Shown here in pieces: positions 37,652 to 48,122 of a stretch of 64,000 nt of DNA (positions within the stretch are counted from its first letter, which is position 1; each line of letters starts with the position of its first letter). Position numbers and translations under genes: made by a program. Source of the DNA: Planctomycetota bacterium (GTDB taxonomy: Bacteria > Planctomycetota > UBA8108 > SXIK01); contig OZ244999.1 in NCBI GenBank assembly GCA_965223265.1, positions 1,824,001 through 1,888,000 of the forward strand. Direction: 5' to 3'. A model generated the notes under the pieces. It had not been told where the DNA came from. It worked only from the letters and a program-made list of their open reading frames with translations, and ran no database searches.

Positions 37652-39349
37652 ATGGATGTGCAAGTGGCGACGATGATCTTTACGGTCGTCGGCGGACTCG
37701 GGATCTTTCTCCTCGGCATGCGCAACATGTCCGACGGCCTGCAGAATATCGCCGGGCCATCGCTGCGCCGTATGATCAGCCTGGTGACGGACAATCGCCT
37801 CATGGCGGTCGGGGTTGGGACCATGGTGACGTGCTTGGTGCAGTCGAGCTCCATCACGACCGTCATGGCGGTGGGTTTCGTCAACAGCGAGATCATGGCT
37901 CTCCAGCAAGCGATGGGAGTCATCCTTGGGGCCAACATCGGCACCACGATCACTGGTTGGATTCTCGTCCTCAAAATCGGTAAGTACGGCCTGCCGATTT
38001 TGGGAGCCGCCGCGTTTTTCGTTCTCTTCAGCCGGCGCGAGAAGGTTCGTTACTTCGCCATGGCGTTCATGGGCATCGGCATGGTCTTCTTCGGCCTCGA
38101 GCTCATGAAGGATGGGTTCAAGCCGATCCGCGGCATGCCGGCATTCGAGGCATGGTTTCATCAGTTCTCCGCCGACAGCTATTTGGGTGTCTTGCAGTGC
38201 GCTCTCGTCGGGTGTGTTCTGACGGTTATCGTGCAGTCATCGTCGGCAACGCTTGGGATCACCATAGCGCTTGCTTTCAGCGGAGTGCTCACGTTCGAAA
38301 CCGCAGCGGCACTCGTTCTCGGGGAGAACATCGGCACAACGATCACCGCTTTTCTCGCCTCCATCGGCGCTACCGCCAATGCGCGCCGTTCTGCGTACTT
38401 CCACGTCATATTCAACTTAATCGGAGTGTTTTGGATCACTGCGGTGTTCTCGCTTTACCTCCCCATCATCCGTCTCATCGTTAGCGTCGTCAGTGGAATT
38501 GACGATATCGGTCAGATGGTCCTCAACGACCAAGGAGAAGAATCGTACCCGCACACGACGATGGGGATTGCCACGGTGCACACCGTCTTCAACGTCATCA
38601 ACGTCTGTCTATTTCTGCCGTTTCTCTCCTACTTCGCCACCTTCCTTGAACGACGTGTGCAAGACACGGTGAGGAAGGAGAAGAGACAACTCACGCATCT
38701 GGATTTCCAGATGTACGACACCCCGTTCGCAGCGATCGAGCAGAGCCGCGTTGAGCTGGTGAAAATGCGCGGCGCAGCCCGTGAAATGCTTGACGATCTG
38801 GCGATCTCGGTAAAGGATCCGTCTGACACCGCGGCATCGGCAAAGGTCTTTAACGCCGAAGAACGTCTCGACGTGGTGCAGAAGGAGGTCACCATGTTCC
38901 TGACTGAAGTCCTTGGGGAGCACATAGGCCATGAGCTCGCGGAGGACGCGAAGGAGCAGATTCGGCTTTCGGACGAGTACGAGTCGGTGAGCGACTATGT
39001 GACCCAGATCCTCAAGCTCCACCTGCGGCTCCGAGATGCGAATCTGGGATTCGACGATACGCAGCAGACCGAGATTGCCAAACTTCACGAGGACGTCGCC
39101 GCATTCTTCGATCAGGTGACCAGGAACGGCGCGAACGACGCATCGAGGGCGGCGCTCGAGGCTGCCATCGCTGCGGCCGAGAAGATCGATGACCACGTCC
39201 GCCGGCTTCGCTCGCTCCACTGGGACCGCTTGTCGCAGGCCGAGTCCGTACCGCTCATCAGCACAACTTACTCGGATGTGATTCATTCCTACCGGAAGGT
39301 CAAGGAGCACCTCGTCAATGTCGCCGAGGTTCGGGCAGGGCTCAAATAG
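37652..39349 (+). CDS. Na/Pi cotransporter family protein with PhoU-like C-terminus
   Basis: GGLGIFLLGM, VQSSS (x2), GANIGTT, GENIGTT, helical C-terminus. Confidence 0.93.
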   Translation: MDVQVATMIFTVVGGLGIFLLGMRNMSDGLQNIAGPSLRRMISLVTDNRLMAVGVGTMVTCLVQSSSITTVMAVGFVNSEIMALQQAMGVILGANIGTTITGWILVLKIGKYGLPILGAAAFFVLFSRREKVRYFAMAFMGIGMVFFGLELMKDGFKPIRGMPAFEAWFHQFSADSYLGVLQCALVGCVLTVIVQSSSATLGITIALAFSGVLTFETAAALVLGENIGTTITAFLASIGATANARRSAYFHVIFNLIGVFWITAVFSLYLPIIRLIVSVVSGIDDIGQMVLNDQGEESYPHTTMGIATVHTVFNVINVCLFLPFLSYFATFLERRVQDTVRKEKRQLTHLDFQMYDTPFAAIEQSRVELVKMRGAAREMLDDLAISVKDPSDTAASAKVFNAEERLDVVQKEVTMFLTEVLGEHIGHELAEDAKEQIRLSDEYESVSDYVTQILKLHLRLRDANLGFDDTQQTEIAKLHEDVAAFFDQVTRNGANDASRAALEAAIAAAEKIDDHVRRLRSLHWDRLSQAESVPLISTTYSDVIHSYRKVKEHLVNVAEVRAGLK

Positions 39350-39580
39350 GCGTTTCACGCCGTCGCTCCAGGAGTCGTGGAGACACGCCGTCGGGTGACC
39401 AAGGTGCTGTTTTTTGCGGCAGATGCACGTCGTCGTTTGACGATTGAAGCCGTAGGCAGAAACCGCGACAATTGTCCCGGACGCCACGTTTCGGCCGCTT
39501 TTCGCTGGCGAGATCCGCACCGGGCATCCGCGTCAGCCTACGAGGCTGATTGATTCGCGTGCCTTGGCTCCGAGGAAACC

Positions 39581-40705
39581 ATGGACAAGATCACGTTCTC
39601 TCCTAGCCCGAAGCCAACGCTCGGAGTTGAGCTCGAGTTGGCACTCGTGGACGCCGAGTCCATGGCTCTGTCGAGCTCGATCGAGGATGTCCTCGGACGT
39701 TTGCCGCCTGGATATGAAGCGAGCATCAAGCCAGAGCTCATGCAGTGCTACCTCGAAATCAACACCGACGTGTGTGACTCAGTCGCCGAGGTTGAGGTCG
39801 ATCTCCGCAGTAAGATCGAGATCGTCGAGGCCGTGACAGACGACCTCGGCCTGCGCCTGTACTGGACTGGAACCCATCCGTTTTCACTCTGGGAGGACCA
39901 AGAGGTCAGCCCCAGCGACCGATACGCCCGACTCCTGACGATCCTTCAAGATATGGGGCGCCAGCTCGTCACGTTCGGTCTCCACGTTCACGTTGGCGTC
40001 GGCTCAGGCGACAAGGCGATCATGATCTGTGACCGCATCATGCGTCATCTGCCGACGCTCTTGGCGCTCAGCTGCAACAGTCCGTGGTGGAACAACCGAG
40101 TCACTGGACTGAAATCGCACCGTTCGAAGATCATGGAGGCCTTGCCGACTGCGGGTCTGCCGACTCTGATGCGCAACTGGAGTGAGTACGTGTGGTTGAT
40201 CAATCACCTGGTCGAGACGGGGTTCATCAACACGATCCGTGAAATCTGGTGGGACGTGAGGCCGCACCACAACTTCGGTACCGTGGAGGTGCGCGTTTGT
40301 GACATGCCGGGGAATCTCGAGGAGACGTTGGCGATCGTGTCGCTCGCTCATGCGCTCGTCCAGGCTCTCTCCGACGACATCGATCGCGGCGCGTACCAGC
40401 ACGACTGCCACCCGATGATGGTGCGCCAAAACAAATGGCGCGCGGCGCGCTACGGGATCGATGCGCGGCTTGTCGATTCCTTCACGTTCGAGCGTTCCCC
40501 GGCACGCAACGTCGTCGAAAAGCTCGTCGACGAACTGCAGCCGACCGCTGCTCGCCTCGGCTCCCTTGAGTATCTGGAGACCGTACGCAACATGATCAAG
40601 GCGCCATGCGGGGCCGACCGCCAGCTGGAGATCCTCCGCAAGACTGGCGATCCGCGTGAGGTCGTGCGCCAGTTGACCGAAGCGTCGCGTCTGTCCAAGC
40701 GCTAG
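39581..40705 (+). CDS. ybdK: Carboxylate-amine ligase / glutamate-cysteine ligase family 2
   Basis: TLGVELELALVD, EINTDVC, GTHPF, FGLHVHVG, WWDVRPH..FGTVEVRVCD, NKWRAARYG. Confidence 0.92.
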   Translation: MDKITFSPSPKPTLGVELELALVDAESMALSSSIEDVLGRLPPGYEASIKPELMQCYLEINTDVCDSVAEVEVDLRSKIEIVEAVTDDLGLRLYWTGTHPFSLWEDQEVSPSDRYARLLTILQDMGRQLVTFGLHVHVGVGSGDKAIMICDRIMRHLPTLLALSCNSPWWNNRVTGLKSHRSKIMEALPTAGLPTLMRNWSEYVWLINHLVETGFINTIREIWWDVRPHHNFGTVEVRVCDMPGNLEETLAIVSLAHALVQALSDDIDRGAYQHDCHPMMVRQNKWRAARYGIDARLVDSFTFERSPARNVVEKLVDELQPTAARLGSLEYLETVRNMIKAPCGADRQLEILRKTGDPREVVRQLTEASRLSKR

Positions 40706-40708
40706 CCG

Positions 40709-41611
40709 CTATCCTGCTTCGATGAATCCATCTCCAACCATCACACTCGACCCACCAACCCAGGTGGCGACAGTGACTCCGTCTCGCTTCTCGGCGCGCA
40801 CTTCAAGGACGCTCGGACGACCCATCTCGACGCCTTGAGCCATGCGCCAACGAAAAGCGCCGTGGGTAGATTCGTTGTAGTGACACAGGAGCCCACCAAG
40901 GGCGCAGCTCGCGCTGCCGGTCGCGGGGTCTTCCGGTATTCCGTGGAGCGGCGCAAACATGCGCCCGCGGACATCAAATTCATCGTCGCTACGAACATAT
41001 GCGAACACCGCAGGAGGCAGACCTTCGGCGGCCAGAGCTTCGAACTCACCCGCGTTAGGACGCGCGCGTTCGAGAGCGGCTCGATCTCGCAGTTCGGTGA
41101 ATAGAAAACCGAGGCCCACGGAGGCGATCTGCGGAGGATGCGTGTGTGCGACGATGTCGTCGGGTTCGAGTGACAGCACGGCGACGAGGGACTCCGTCGC
41201 AACCGGCTGCCCGATCGTCAGGCGGGCAGGGGCCGAAAGTTCGCACCAGAGGTCCTCACCCGCGCGTTTTCGAATCGACACCGCTACGAGTCCAGCCTTC
41301 TCTGCGAAAGTGACCGTTGCCGTCGAGGCGATCGGTCCAAGCTCACCGGTGGCAGCGAGAACGAAAGCAGTGCCGATACTCGGGTGCCCGGCGAACGGGA
41401 CCTCCGCAGTCGGAGTGAAGATGCGAACTGTTCGGTGTTGCTGCTTTTGCGTCGGCGGGAAGACGAACGTGGTCTCCGGCAGGTTGAACTCCCGGGCGAT
41501 TTGCTGCATTTGCCGATCGGCAAGGCCACGCGCCTCCGGAAGTACCGCCAGCTGGTTGCCGCCGAAGCGTGTGTCGGTGAAGACGTCGCACAGATGGTAT
41601 CGGTAGCGCAT
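40709..41611 (-). CDS. PhzF family epimerase-like protein
   Basis: DVFT...GGNQLAV, FNLPETTF, EVPFAGHP, EDPATGSA, QGVEMGRPS. Confidence 0.93.
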   Translation of the reverse strand: MRYRYHLCDVFTDTRFGGNQLAVLPEARGLADRQMQQIAREFNLPETTFVFPPTQKQQHRTVRIFTPTAEVPFAGHPSIGTAFVLAATGELGPIASTATVTFAEKAGLVAVSIRKRAGEDLWCELSAPARLTIGQPVATESLVAVLSLEPDDIVAHTHPPQIASVGLGFLFTELRDRAALERARPNAGEFEALAAEGLPPAVFAYVRSDDEFDVRGRMFAPLHGIPEDPATGSASCALGGLLCHYNESTHGAFRWRMAQGVEMGRPSVLEVRAEKRDGVTVATWVGGSSVMVGDGFIEAG

Positions 41612-41636
41612 GAGCTGGGGCGTGAGTTGAAAGCGT

Positions 41637-41969
41637 CTAGTGCTGCGCGCTCGCTGCTGAAAACACGTGGAGAACGACCACGCCTGCGATGATGAGCGCC
41701 ATCCCAAGGACGCCGGGCGCGTCGATTCGTTCGCCATAGAGCAGGAAGCCAAGCACGGTGATGAGGACGATGCCAATGCCGCTCCAGACAGCATAGACGA
41801 CGCCGACGTGCAGATGCTGAATGCAGCGCGACAGGAAGTAGAACGCGCACGCATAGCCAATGACGACGATGACGCTCGGCACTGGACGCGAGAACGACTG
41901 CGATGCTTTGAGCGCGGTGGTCGCGATCACTTCGGCAACGATAGCGAATGCGAGATAGAGATAGGGCAT
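41637..41969 (-). CDS. SMR/DMT small multidrug efflux transporter
   Basis: AIVAEVIATTALK, YAVWSGIG, LIIAGVV; 110 aa. Confidence 0.93.
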   Translation of the reverse strand: MPYLYLAFAIVAEVIATTALKASQSFSRPVPSVIVVIGYACAFYFLSRCIQHLHVGVVYAVWSGIGIVLITVLGFLLYGERIDAPGVLGMALIIAGVVVLHVFSAASAQH

Positions 41970-42421
41970 GTTCTTTTCAGCTCTTTGAGCGGTGTGCGTC
42001 TCACAAAGTAGCAGGCACACTCCTGTGTGCCGTCCGATCTTGTGACCGTGACCGTAAGTTGCGACGGCCGTCTTAGGCCAAACTCAAGGTTTAAGATCGC
42101 GCCAGACTTGTGTGACAGCCGGAATAGCAGCCGGCGACACCAGGTGTCGAGTTCTTCAACGGTGGTGTACATACCGCCTGAAAACGAGTTCATCGGCATC
42201 GCCGTTCGCCTTCAAGCCGCTCGAAATTGTGAACGACTTGATCCTGGAAATCCACTCGCGATCGCTTCCCGTCGAGGGCGATGTTCACAAGCCGTGTCGT
42301 TCTTTCTAAAATTGGGTCGCTTCTGGGGACGACGTCGGTGTCCGACAGCGCCGCAGCCCCCGTTGGACGCCACCACCTGGCGCGAACAAAGTCAGCCACG
42401 ATGATGATGCAGAAGGGACAC

Positions 42422-43294
42422 ATGCCAGAGCAGAATCAGCACGATCGACCCATTGGAGTGATCGGGCTCGGCCTTCTCGGGACCGCGCTTGCGGAGCGGC
42501 TCTTGGGCGGCGGGTTTCGCGTGGCCGTCTACAACCGTACGCGGGAAAAGGCAGACCCGCTGGTAGCCCGCGGCGCGACATGGTCGGACAATCCACTCCA
42601 AGAGTGCGACCGCATCGTCGTGAGTCTTTACACATCCGAAGTTGTTGACGAAGTTTTGAACGCTCTTGGTTCGGCTCTACGTCCAGGGCAAATCATTGTC
42701 GACACGACGACCGGCAACCCCCGACAAACCGAGGCATTCGGCCGGCGTCTCGCAGAGCGCAGCGTGGACTATCTCGAGACGCCGATTGCGGCGTCCAGCG
42801 AGCAGACGCGTCGCGGTGAAGCCGTTGCAATTGTCGCGGGACGACGTGAGGCGTTCGATGCAGTGAGCGATATTTTCGACGCCACCGTCGCTAAGCGTTT
42901 CTTTGTCGGCACGTGGGGGAACGCGGCCCGCATGAAGCTCGTCAACAATTTGATCCTTGGACTCAACCGGGTAGCGCTTGGCGAAGGGTTGGCATTCGCG
43001 CAGGCTATTGGATTGTCCAAGGCCGACGCTCTCGAGGTCCTCAAGCAAGGAAACGCGTATTCCGTCGTCATGGACGTCAAGGGGCGCAAGATGGTGGAGG
43101 GTGATTTCTCGACGCAGGCCAAGCTATCTCAGCACCTCAAAGACGTCCGCTTGATCCTGGACGAGGCGGCCTCCGGGGAGGTGGATCTCCCCGTCTCGCG
43201 GCTGCACCGTCAACTCCTCGAGAGCCTTGAGGCGGCAGGGCTGGGTGAGGCGGACAACAGTGCGATCATCCGCGCCTTCGAAAAGAGCGTCTGA
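42422..43294 (+). CDS. NAD(P)-dependent oxidoreductase (3-hydroxyisobutyrate dehydrogenase family)
   Basis: GVIGLGLLG, YNRTREKA, MKLVNN, KDVRLI. Confidence 0.9.
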   Translation: MPEQNQHDRPIGVIGLGLLGTALAERLLGGGFRVAVYNRTREKADPLVARGATWSDNPLQECDRIVVSLYTSEVVDEVLNALGSALRPGQIIVDTTTGNPRQTEAFGRRLAERSVDYLETPIAASSEQTRRGEAVAIVAGRREAFDAVSDIFDATVAKRFFVGTWGNAARMKLVNNLILGLNRVALGEGLAFAQAIGLSKADALEVLKQGNAYSVVMDVKGRKMVEGDFSTQAKLSQHLKDVRLILDEAASGEVDLPVSRLHRQLLESLEAAGLGEADNSAIIRAFEKSV

Positions 43295-43378
43295 CGTTGT
43301 TCAAGAAGGCGACGCGGTAAGTCGCAGCGACGATCGCGGTGGGCGAGTTTTCCTCAGCGATCGCGACAAGCCGCCATG

Positions 43379-43933
43379 TCACTGGGTGCGCGCCGCAAGT
43401 TCTGCCGTCAACGCTTTCAGCCACGCCGCGCACTCGCGCTTGAATCGGCAGCAAAAGAGGTTGCCGTCGATCACCAGAGGTTCGGCGACGTAGATCGCGC
43501 CGGCAAGTTCCGCGTCGAGCTGGCAGCGCGGAATGGTGGTGATGCGGCGACCGCGGATGACGTCTGCCGCAGCGAGGATTTCGATCCCGTGACAGATCGA
43601 AGCGACCAGCTTTTCGTGCTCGAAGAAGTGACGCGTGATCGCGATGAGGTCTTGGTCGTAGCGCAGGAACTCGGGCGCTCGGCCGCCGGGAAGGACCAAG
43701 GCGGCGTACTCTTTCGGGTCAACATCCGCGAAAGCGACATCGGAGTCGAGCTTGTAGCCTGGCGTTTCGACCGTAATATCCCAGTCCGGTTCATGGTGGT
43801 GCTGGACGAGATGGTACGTTCGCTTTTTGGGTGCCGCCTTCACCACCTCATGCTCCTCGCTCAAGCGGTAGAGCGGAACCATGGTGTCAATGACTTCAGC
43901 GCCATCGCCAATGACGAGGAGAACTTTGGCCAT
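43379..43933 (-). CDS. DJ-1/PfpI family protein
   Basis: GDGAEVID, LPGGRAPEFLR, SICHG. Confidence 0.92.
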   Translation of the reverse strand: MAKVLLVIGDGAEVIDTMVPLYRLSEEHEVVKAAPKKRTYHLVQHHHEPDWDITVETPGYKLDSDVAFADVDPKEYAALVLPGGRAPEFLRYDQDLIAITRHFFEHEKLVASICHGIEILAAADVIRGRRITTIPRCQLDAELAGAIYVAEPLVIDGNLFCCRFKRECAAWLKALTAELAARTQ

Positions 43934-43937
43934 CTAA

Positions 43938-44096
43938 GCAGCCTGCCTGAAAAAGTCATTCGGCCGAGAAGCCGGCCTCTTCGCACCCAGCTCGACCGCG
44001 TCAATACTCGTCGTATACCTTATTGAAGAGGGCTCGGAGATTACCTGCGTTTGCCGCGGCCGATCTGGACGCGAAATGGCCAAACTCGAGGCTAGC
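43938..44096 (+). mobile_element. MITE copy, long variant, right end missing
   Basis: gcagcctgcctgaaaaagtcattcggccgag... homologous to 35087-35248, with an extra internal segment; abuts the next copy. Confidence 0.75.
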
Positions 44097-44263
44097 CTAG
44101 CAGCCCGTTGAAAAAGTCATTCGGCCGAGAAACTGGCCTCTTCACGCCCAGATCGAGCGCGGCGAGCCTCGAAAATCTCGGAGATTACCTACGTTCGCCG
44201 CGGTCGATCTGGACGCGAAGCGACCAGTTTTCGACTCGAAGCACTTTTTCAACAGGCTGCTAG
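44097..44263 (+). mobile_element. MITE copy bounded by CTAG at both ends
   Basis: ctagcagcccgttgaaaaagt ... actttttcaacaggctgctag. Confidence 0.85.
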
Positions 44264-45666
44264 AGGAAGTAGTCGGGCTCGCCCAACTCACGGGCTTCGA
44301 TCGCGTCGAGTTTGGCCGGGTCTTCGATCAGCTGCTCTAACCACCAGTTCACGTGGTTGTAGAGACATGTAACCTCTCGGCACTCGTGGGTCGCGTTGAA
44401 TGACTTGATCAGACCCGCAGTTCGTCCGCGCGTGTTCGCGTAGCTCGAGTCGTCGGCGTACGCTTCTTTCGTACCGACGAAGCCGTGTGGCTGATTGCGA
44501 TACACCGGACAGTTGTACATTCCAAGTGGACTCAGGACCTGGCGAAAGAACTGCATGTGGCAGGTGTTCGGCTGCTCGGTGTAGTTCTTGTAGCTGCGGT
44601 TCTCGAGCACTTTCAGATTCGTCGCTTCGTAGACACTGAACTCATCGGTCGACAGGCTTTTCGCGTCGTCGACGGCGCGGCGGATGCGTGCGATGATCGA
44701 GTCGAAGTGGTGATTCTTTTCGCTGAGGTCGACGATTTCGGCGTTGTTGTCCGGCGCTCGCGTTAGGAACGGCTTGTACGAAATGTAGTCAAACTTGTAT
44801 TTGCGTGCGCGTTCGGCACCGAGGCGAATCTCATGGATGTTCTCGACGATCTTGGTGTCGTTAATGAACGCGCCTTTCCACGTGATGATGAACGAAAAGC
44901 CGATCTTGAAGGGGCGGGGGACAGATTTGACGGCTTGAACGCCTTCGCAAATCTCGTCGAGCGTGATTTCCCGCTTCGGCTTGTGCATCGCCTGAAAAAC
45001 TTCGTCACTCCCAGAATCGAGCGAGAGGCGCACCCAGTCCGTCTCTTCGAGGCAATCGGCCACGGCGGCGATCTTGTCCATTCCGGAGCCATTCGAGACG
45101 ACGGAGACCTGGAGGCCGAGGTCCTTCATGAAACGGATAGTTTCTTCGAACTTCGGGTAGATGGTCGGCTCGCCGCCGCCGATGACGATCACCGATTTGA
45201 GACCGCTCTTCGCCATCAGCTCGAGGCTGTCGAGGAGCTTTTGATGTGTGTACTTGATCGGCTGATTCAGGATGTCCATGTCGACGCAGTGGTCGCATGC
45301 GTAGTTGCAAGCCGTGGTAATGTCGAGGTTGATCGACACGGGCGCGAAGTTGGGCACCTTGTCGAGATCGGTGATCGTCGACTCGGCGAGCACGTCGCCG
45401 CGAGCTTTGGCACGAAGGGCGGACTGCCACCTGACGTAATCTTTGACCCTCGGGAGGATGTCGGGTTGGCAAAGCTTCGAGGCGAAGTCGTGGATACGCG
45501 ACAGCTCGACGTGTCGCTCTCCGCCCGTAGGTGATTGGGGAGCCTCGTCGTCCAAGTCGCTCGTCCGTGATTCGGCGATGCCGCTGAGTCGGCCGCCGCT
45601 GCCGCCGTTTCGACGCACTGAGACCGCACCTTCCTCGAGTACCTTGAGCGGAATGATCTTGTTCAT
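44260..45666 (-). CDS. Radical SAM protein with C-terminal Cys-containing (SPASM/twitch-like) region
   Basis: CNYACDHC, GGGEPT, SNG, WVRLSLD, C-terminal CH...NCP...CREVTCLY. Confidence 0.92.
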   Translation of the reverse strand: MNKIIPLKVLEEGAVSVRRNGGSGGRLSGIAESRTSDLDDEAPQSPTGGERHVELSRIHDFASKLCQPDILPRVKDYVRWQSALRAKARGDVLAESTITDLDKVPNFAPVSINLDITTACNYACDHCVDMDILNQPIKYTHQKLLDSLELMAKSGLKSVIVIGGGEPTIYPKFEETIRFMKDLGLQVSVVSNGSGMDKIAAVADCLEETDWVRLSLDSGSDEVFQAMHKPKREITLDEICEGVQAVKSVPRPFKIGFSFIITWKGAFINDTKIVENIHEIRLGAERARKYKFDYISYKPFLTRAPDNNAEIVDLSEKNHHFDSIIARIRRAVDDAKSLSTDEFSVYEATNLKVLENRSYKNYTEQPNTCHMQFFRQVLSPLGMYNCPVYRNQPHGFVGTKEAYADDSSYANTRGRTAGLIKSFNATHECREVTCLYNHVNWWLEQLIEDPAKLDAIEARELGEPDYFL

Positions 45667-45858
45667 AACGTATCCTTTCGCGGCCGCTTGGCGACCGGCG
45701 CCCTCCTCTGTCACTTCTCTTCTTCTCTCGCTTATCGCGTGTAGACGAGACCTACGCGCTGTTTCGGATCAGCAGTAAAACGTTTGGCTCCTTCTGTGAG
45801 GGGTCGTGGTTTCGACTTGCGGCGTGAACTCCGTCCGTGGATCTCCCTGTGTTCTCCT

Positions 45859-46803
45859 CTAGGGAGACGGACGTACGGCCTCCAGTAGATGTTCAAGCGC
45901 CGTCATAGATTCTGACAGTGCCCTAACGTCTGTCCGGCGGCCGTGGTTGACCGCAGCGATGAATTCCTTCACGAGCGACTGTAAAGGGTCCTCGACTCGA
46001 ATGATTCGTGACTCTGCCTCAAAGTGGATCTCGTAGCGCGGCAACACGATGCGGCGATCGACTCGTTTGCCGTTGATCGCGTAGGACGCAGGTCGTGGCG
46101 GGCTCTCCGTGGTTGTCAGTCGCAGGTCGACGATCGTTGATCCCAGGTCATGCTGGTAGACGAAATGTAAACATAATCCGCGACCGTCTTCATGCAAATA
46201 TTTTGTTCGGGCGTCGACGACGTTCCCATAACCTAACAACGCCTGAAGCATGCTGACGGTGTGAGGGGCTGCGTCGAGGACCATCTCGCGCCCGGTCGAG
46301 ATCGGCCCCATGTGCATCTCGAACGTCCGTACTGATTTCGAACGCTCGCCTGGGTAGAGCTCGTGGAAGGCCGATAAAGTTTGAGGCCACTGCGTCAGCA
46401 GGCAAAGGTAGAGGTCAGCTCCGGCGAATTCCTCGACGAGCTGCGACGTCAAGTCGCGGTCGGGCGCCGCGGAATCCCACCAGAATGGTTTTTCGCACAA
46501 GCAGTGACAACCTGCTCGCGCGCATTCTTCGACGTGCGCGCGGTGAAGCGTGTACGGTGAACAAACGGCAACGACGTCAGGGTGGGTCGAACGGAGGGCG
46601 TGGCGCACATCCGCAAACGACTGACATTTGATTCCGCTCGAGTTGGCGAGCTCGGCTTGAGCGAAATCTGCCGTGCGTTGTGTGCTCCCCACAATGCCAA
46701 CAATCTCGGCTCCGGCGGCTGCAAAGGCCTGCGCCACGAAGGCACCAAGTCCCTGCCGCCGTCGTCGCGCACCGATGACCACTACTCGCATCGCGCTGGT
46801 CAT
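45859..46803 (-). CDS. Gfo/Idh/MocA family oxidoreductase
   Basis: PDVVAVCSPYTLH, HCLCEKP, DAAPH. Confidence 0.85.
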   Translation of the reverse strand: MTSAMRVVVIGARRRRQGLGAFVAQAFAAAGAEIVGIVGSTQRTADFAQAELANSSGIKCQSFADVRHALRSTHPDVVAVCSPYTLHRAHVEECARAGCHCLCEKPFWWDSAAPDRDLTSQLVEEFAGADLYLCLLTQWPQTLSAFHELYPGERSKSVRTFEMHMGPISTGREMVLDAAPHTVSMLQALLGYGNVVDARTKYLHEDGRGLCLHFVYQHDLGSTIVDLRLTTTESPPRPASYAINGKRVDRRIVLPRYEIHFEAESRIIRVEDPLQSLVKEFIAAVNHGRRTDVRALSESMTALEHLLEAVRPSP

Positions 46804-46948
46804 CTTCGGTAAGCCTCCGATTTGGCCATTTCGCGTCGAGCCTGCTGGCAGCGGCAGGGAGCGCGAGGCAGGTGCGCGCGTAAAGAATTCGAACACTCCA
46901 GTGTCGCGCGTGGTGCATCCCCGCCGGGGGGCGCGGCAGTTGTTGCCG

Positions 46949-47695
46949 TCACGTGACGAGCGTATCCCGCACCATACGGTATCCGAGCAAGAAGATGCCA
47001 GCATCGACGATTGCGTGGCTTAGCCAAGGGGCATAGAGCGAGCGGCTGCGATGGTAGCTCCATGCCCAGAAAGCACCTCCAATACACACGGCGGCGGAGA
47101 AGACGTAGCTGAACGGCGACGACCACCCGAAGTACGTGGCAAGAACGATCACGTGGTGCGCGGTGAAGCCAACACTAGAGACCACGACGGCAGTGGGGAG
47201 TTTGGTGAGCGTTCTTAACCGTGCAAAGACAAACCAGCGCCAGTAGTACTCTTCGAGAAGCGAGTGGAAGAGAGAGTAAAAAACCCCGAGGGCGGCGAAT
47301 TTTGTCACGGAGTCGATCCCCAACTCCGCGATCTTGCGGGGAACTTCCGCTTCCGGGCGTGCAAAGAGTTCTGTGCCGCGGAGACAGAGTTGGTGGAGTG
47401 CCAGCATGACGAGAACAACGCCGACGCCGAAGATGAGACCGATGCCCATGCCGCGGCTGCTTGGCGCTGTCACGCGCAGTCGTTCGCGCGCGACGAAACC
47501 CACCCACAGGGCTGGAAAACCGAATTGTACGATCTTACCCACGGCGTAGGTCGACTGCTGCAGCGCCGCCGACTCTCCCGCCAGAGCCACGAAGTACGCG
47601 TACGTGAGGATCGAAGGAAAAACCAAGGCGAACAGGACGGCGGCCCACTCGCGACGGCTCGGGAAAGTCTGCTCCGCTGCTGGACGTGTGTTCAT
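46949..47695 (-). CDS. CPBP (CAAX/Abi) family intramembrane metalloprotease
   Basis: EEYYWR, FTAHH, WLSHAIVD. Confidence 0.9.
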   Translation of the reverse strand: MNTRPAAEQTFPSRREWAAVLFALVFPSILTYAYFVALAGESAALQQSTYAVGKIVQFGFPALWVGFVARERLRVTAPSSRGMGIGLIFGVGVVLVMLALHQLCLRGTELFARPEAEVPRKIAELGIDSVTKFAALGVFYSLFHSLLEEYYWRWFVFARLRTLTKLPTAVVVSSVGFTAHHVIVLATYFGWSSPFSYVFSAAVCIGGAFWAWSYHRSRSLYAPWLSHAIVDAGIFLLGYRMVRDTLVT

Positions 47696-48122
47696 CCTTT
47701 GCGTTCTCTTTGCTCCGCTCCTCCACTCAGTCGAGACGCACCGTCAGCGCGTCCACGCACCCGTTCGCTCTCTTGCCGCACGACAAACATAGCCTGAACG
47801 GATAGCCGGCAACAACTCTAGCAGTTCTTGCGCGCGCAGCGGCGCCGCGAGCGATATGATGGGGTGAGAGCCTGACCCGAGTCGACGCGCCAGCCAATCG
47901 GTTCGCTGCGTACCGAGGGTTCCGCTCTGACGATGGCTCCAGCGTCCACAGTTTTGGCCGTTGTTTAGCGAACTCTTTGCCATGTGTATGGATTACGCAA
48001 GGTCCTTGATGGCAAAAGGTTAGGTTTTTGTTGATTTTATAGGCCCGATGCACTTTAATCGCTGGTTCAAGTTTACCGGGCGTTCACATTTCGCAAGCAA
48101 TTCTCCAGTTGAGGGGATTCCC

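Noticed and set aside
40709-41611. Phenazine biosynthesis
   Set aside because: Lone PhzF-family gene with no other phz genes.
42030-42400. Serine hydrolase pseudogene fragment (SGGMYTTVEELDTW on the - strand)
   Set aside because: Single short motif resemblance with no supporting context; needs BLASTX.
47954-47970. Sigma54 promoter (GG-N10-GC) upstream of the PEP-CTERM gene
   Set aside because: Poor match to TGGCAC-N5-TTGC; likely by chance in GC-rich DNA.
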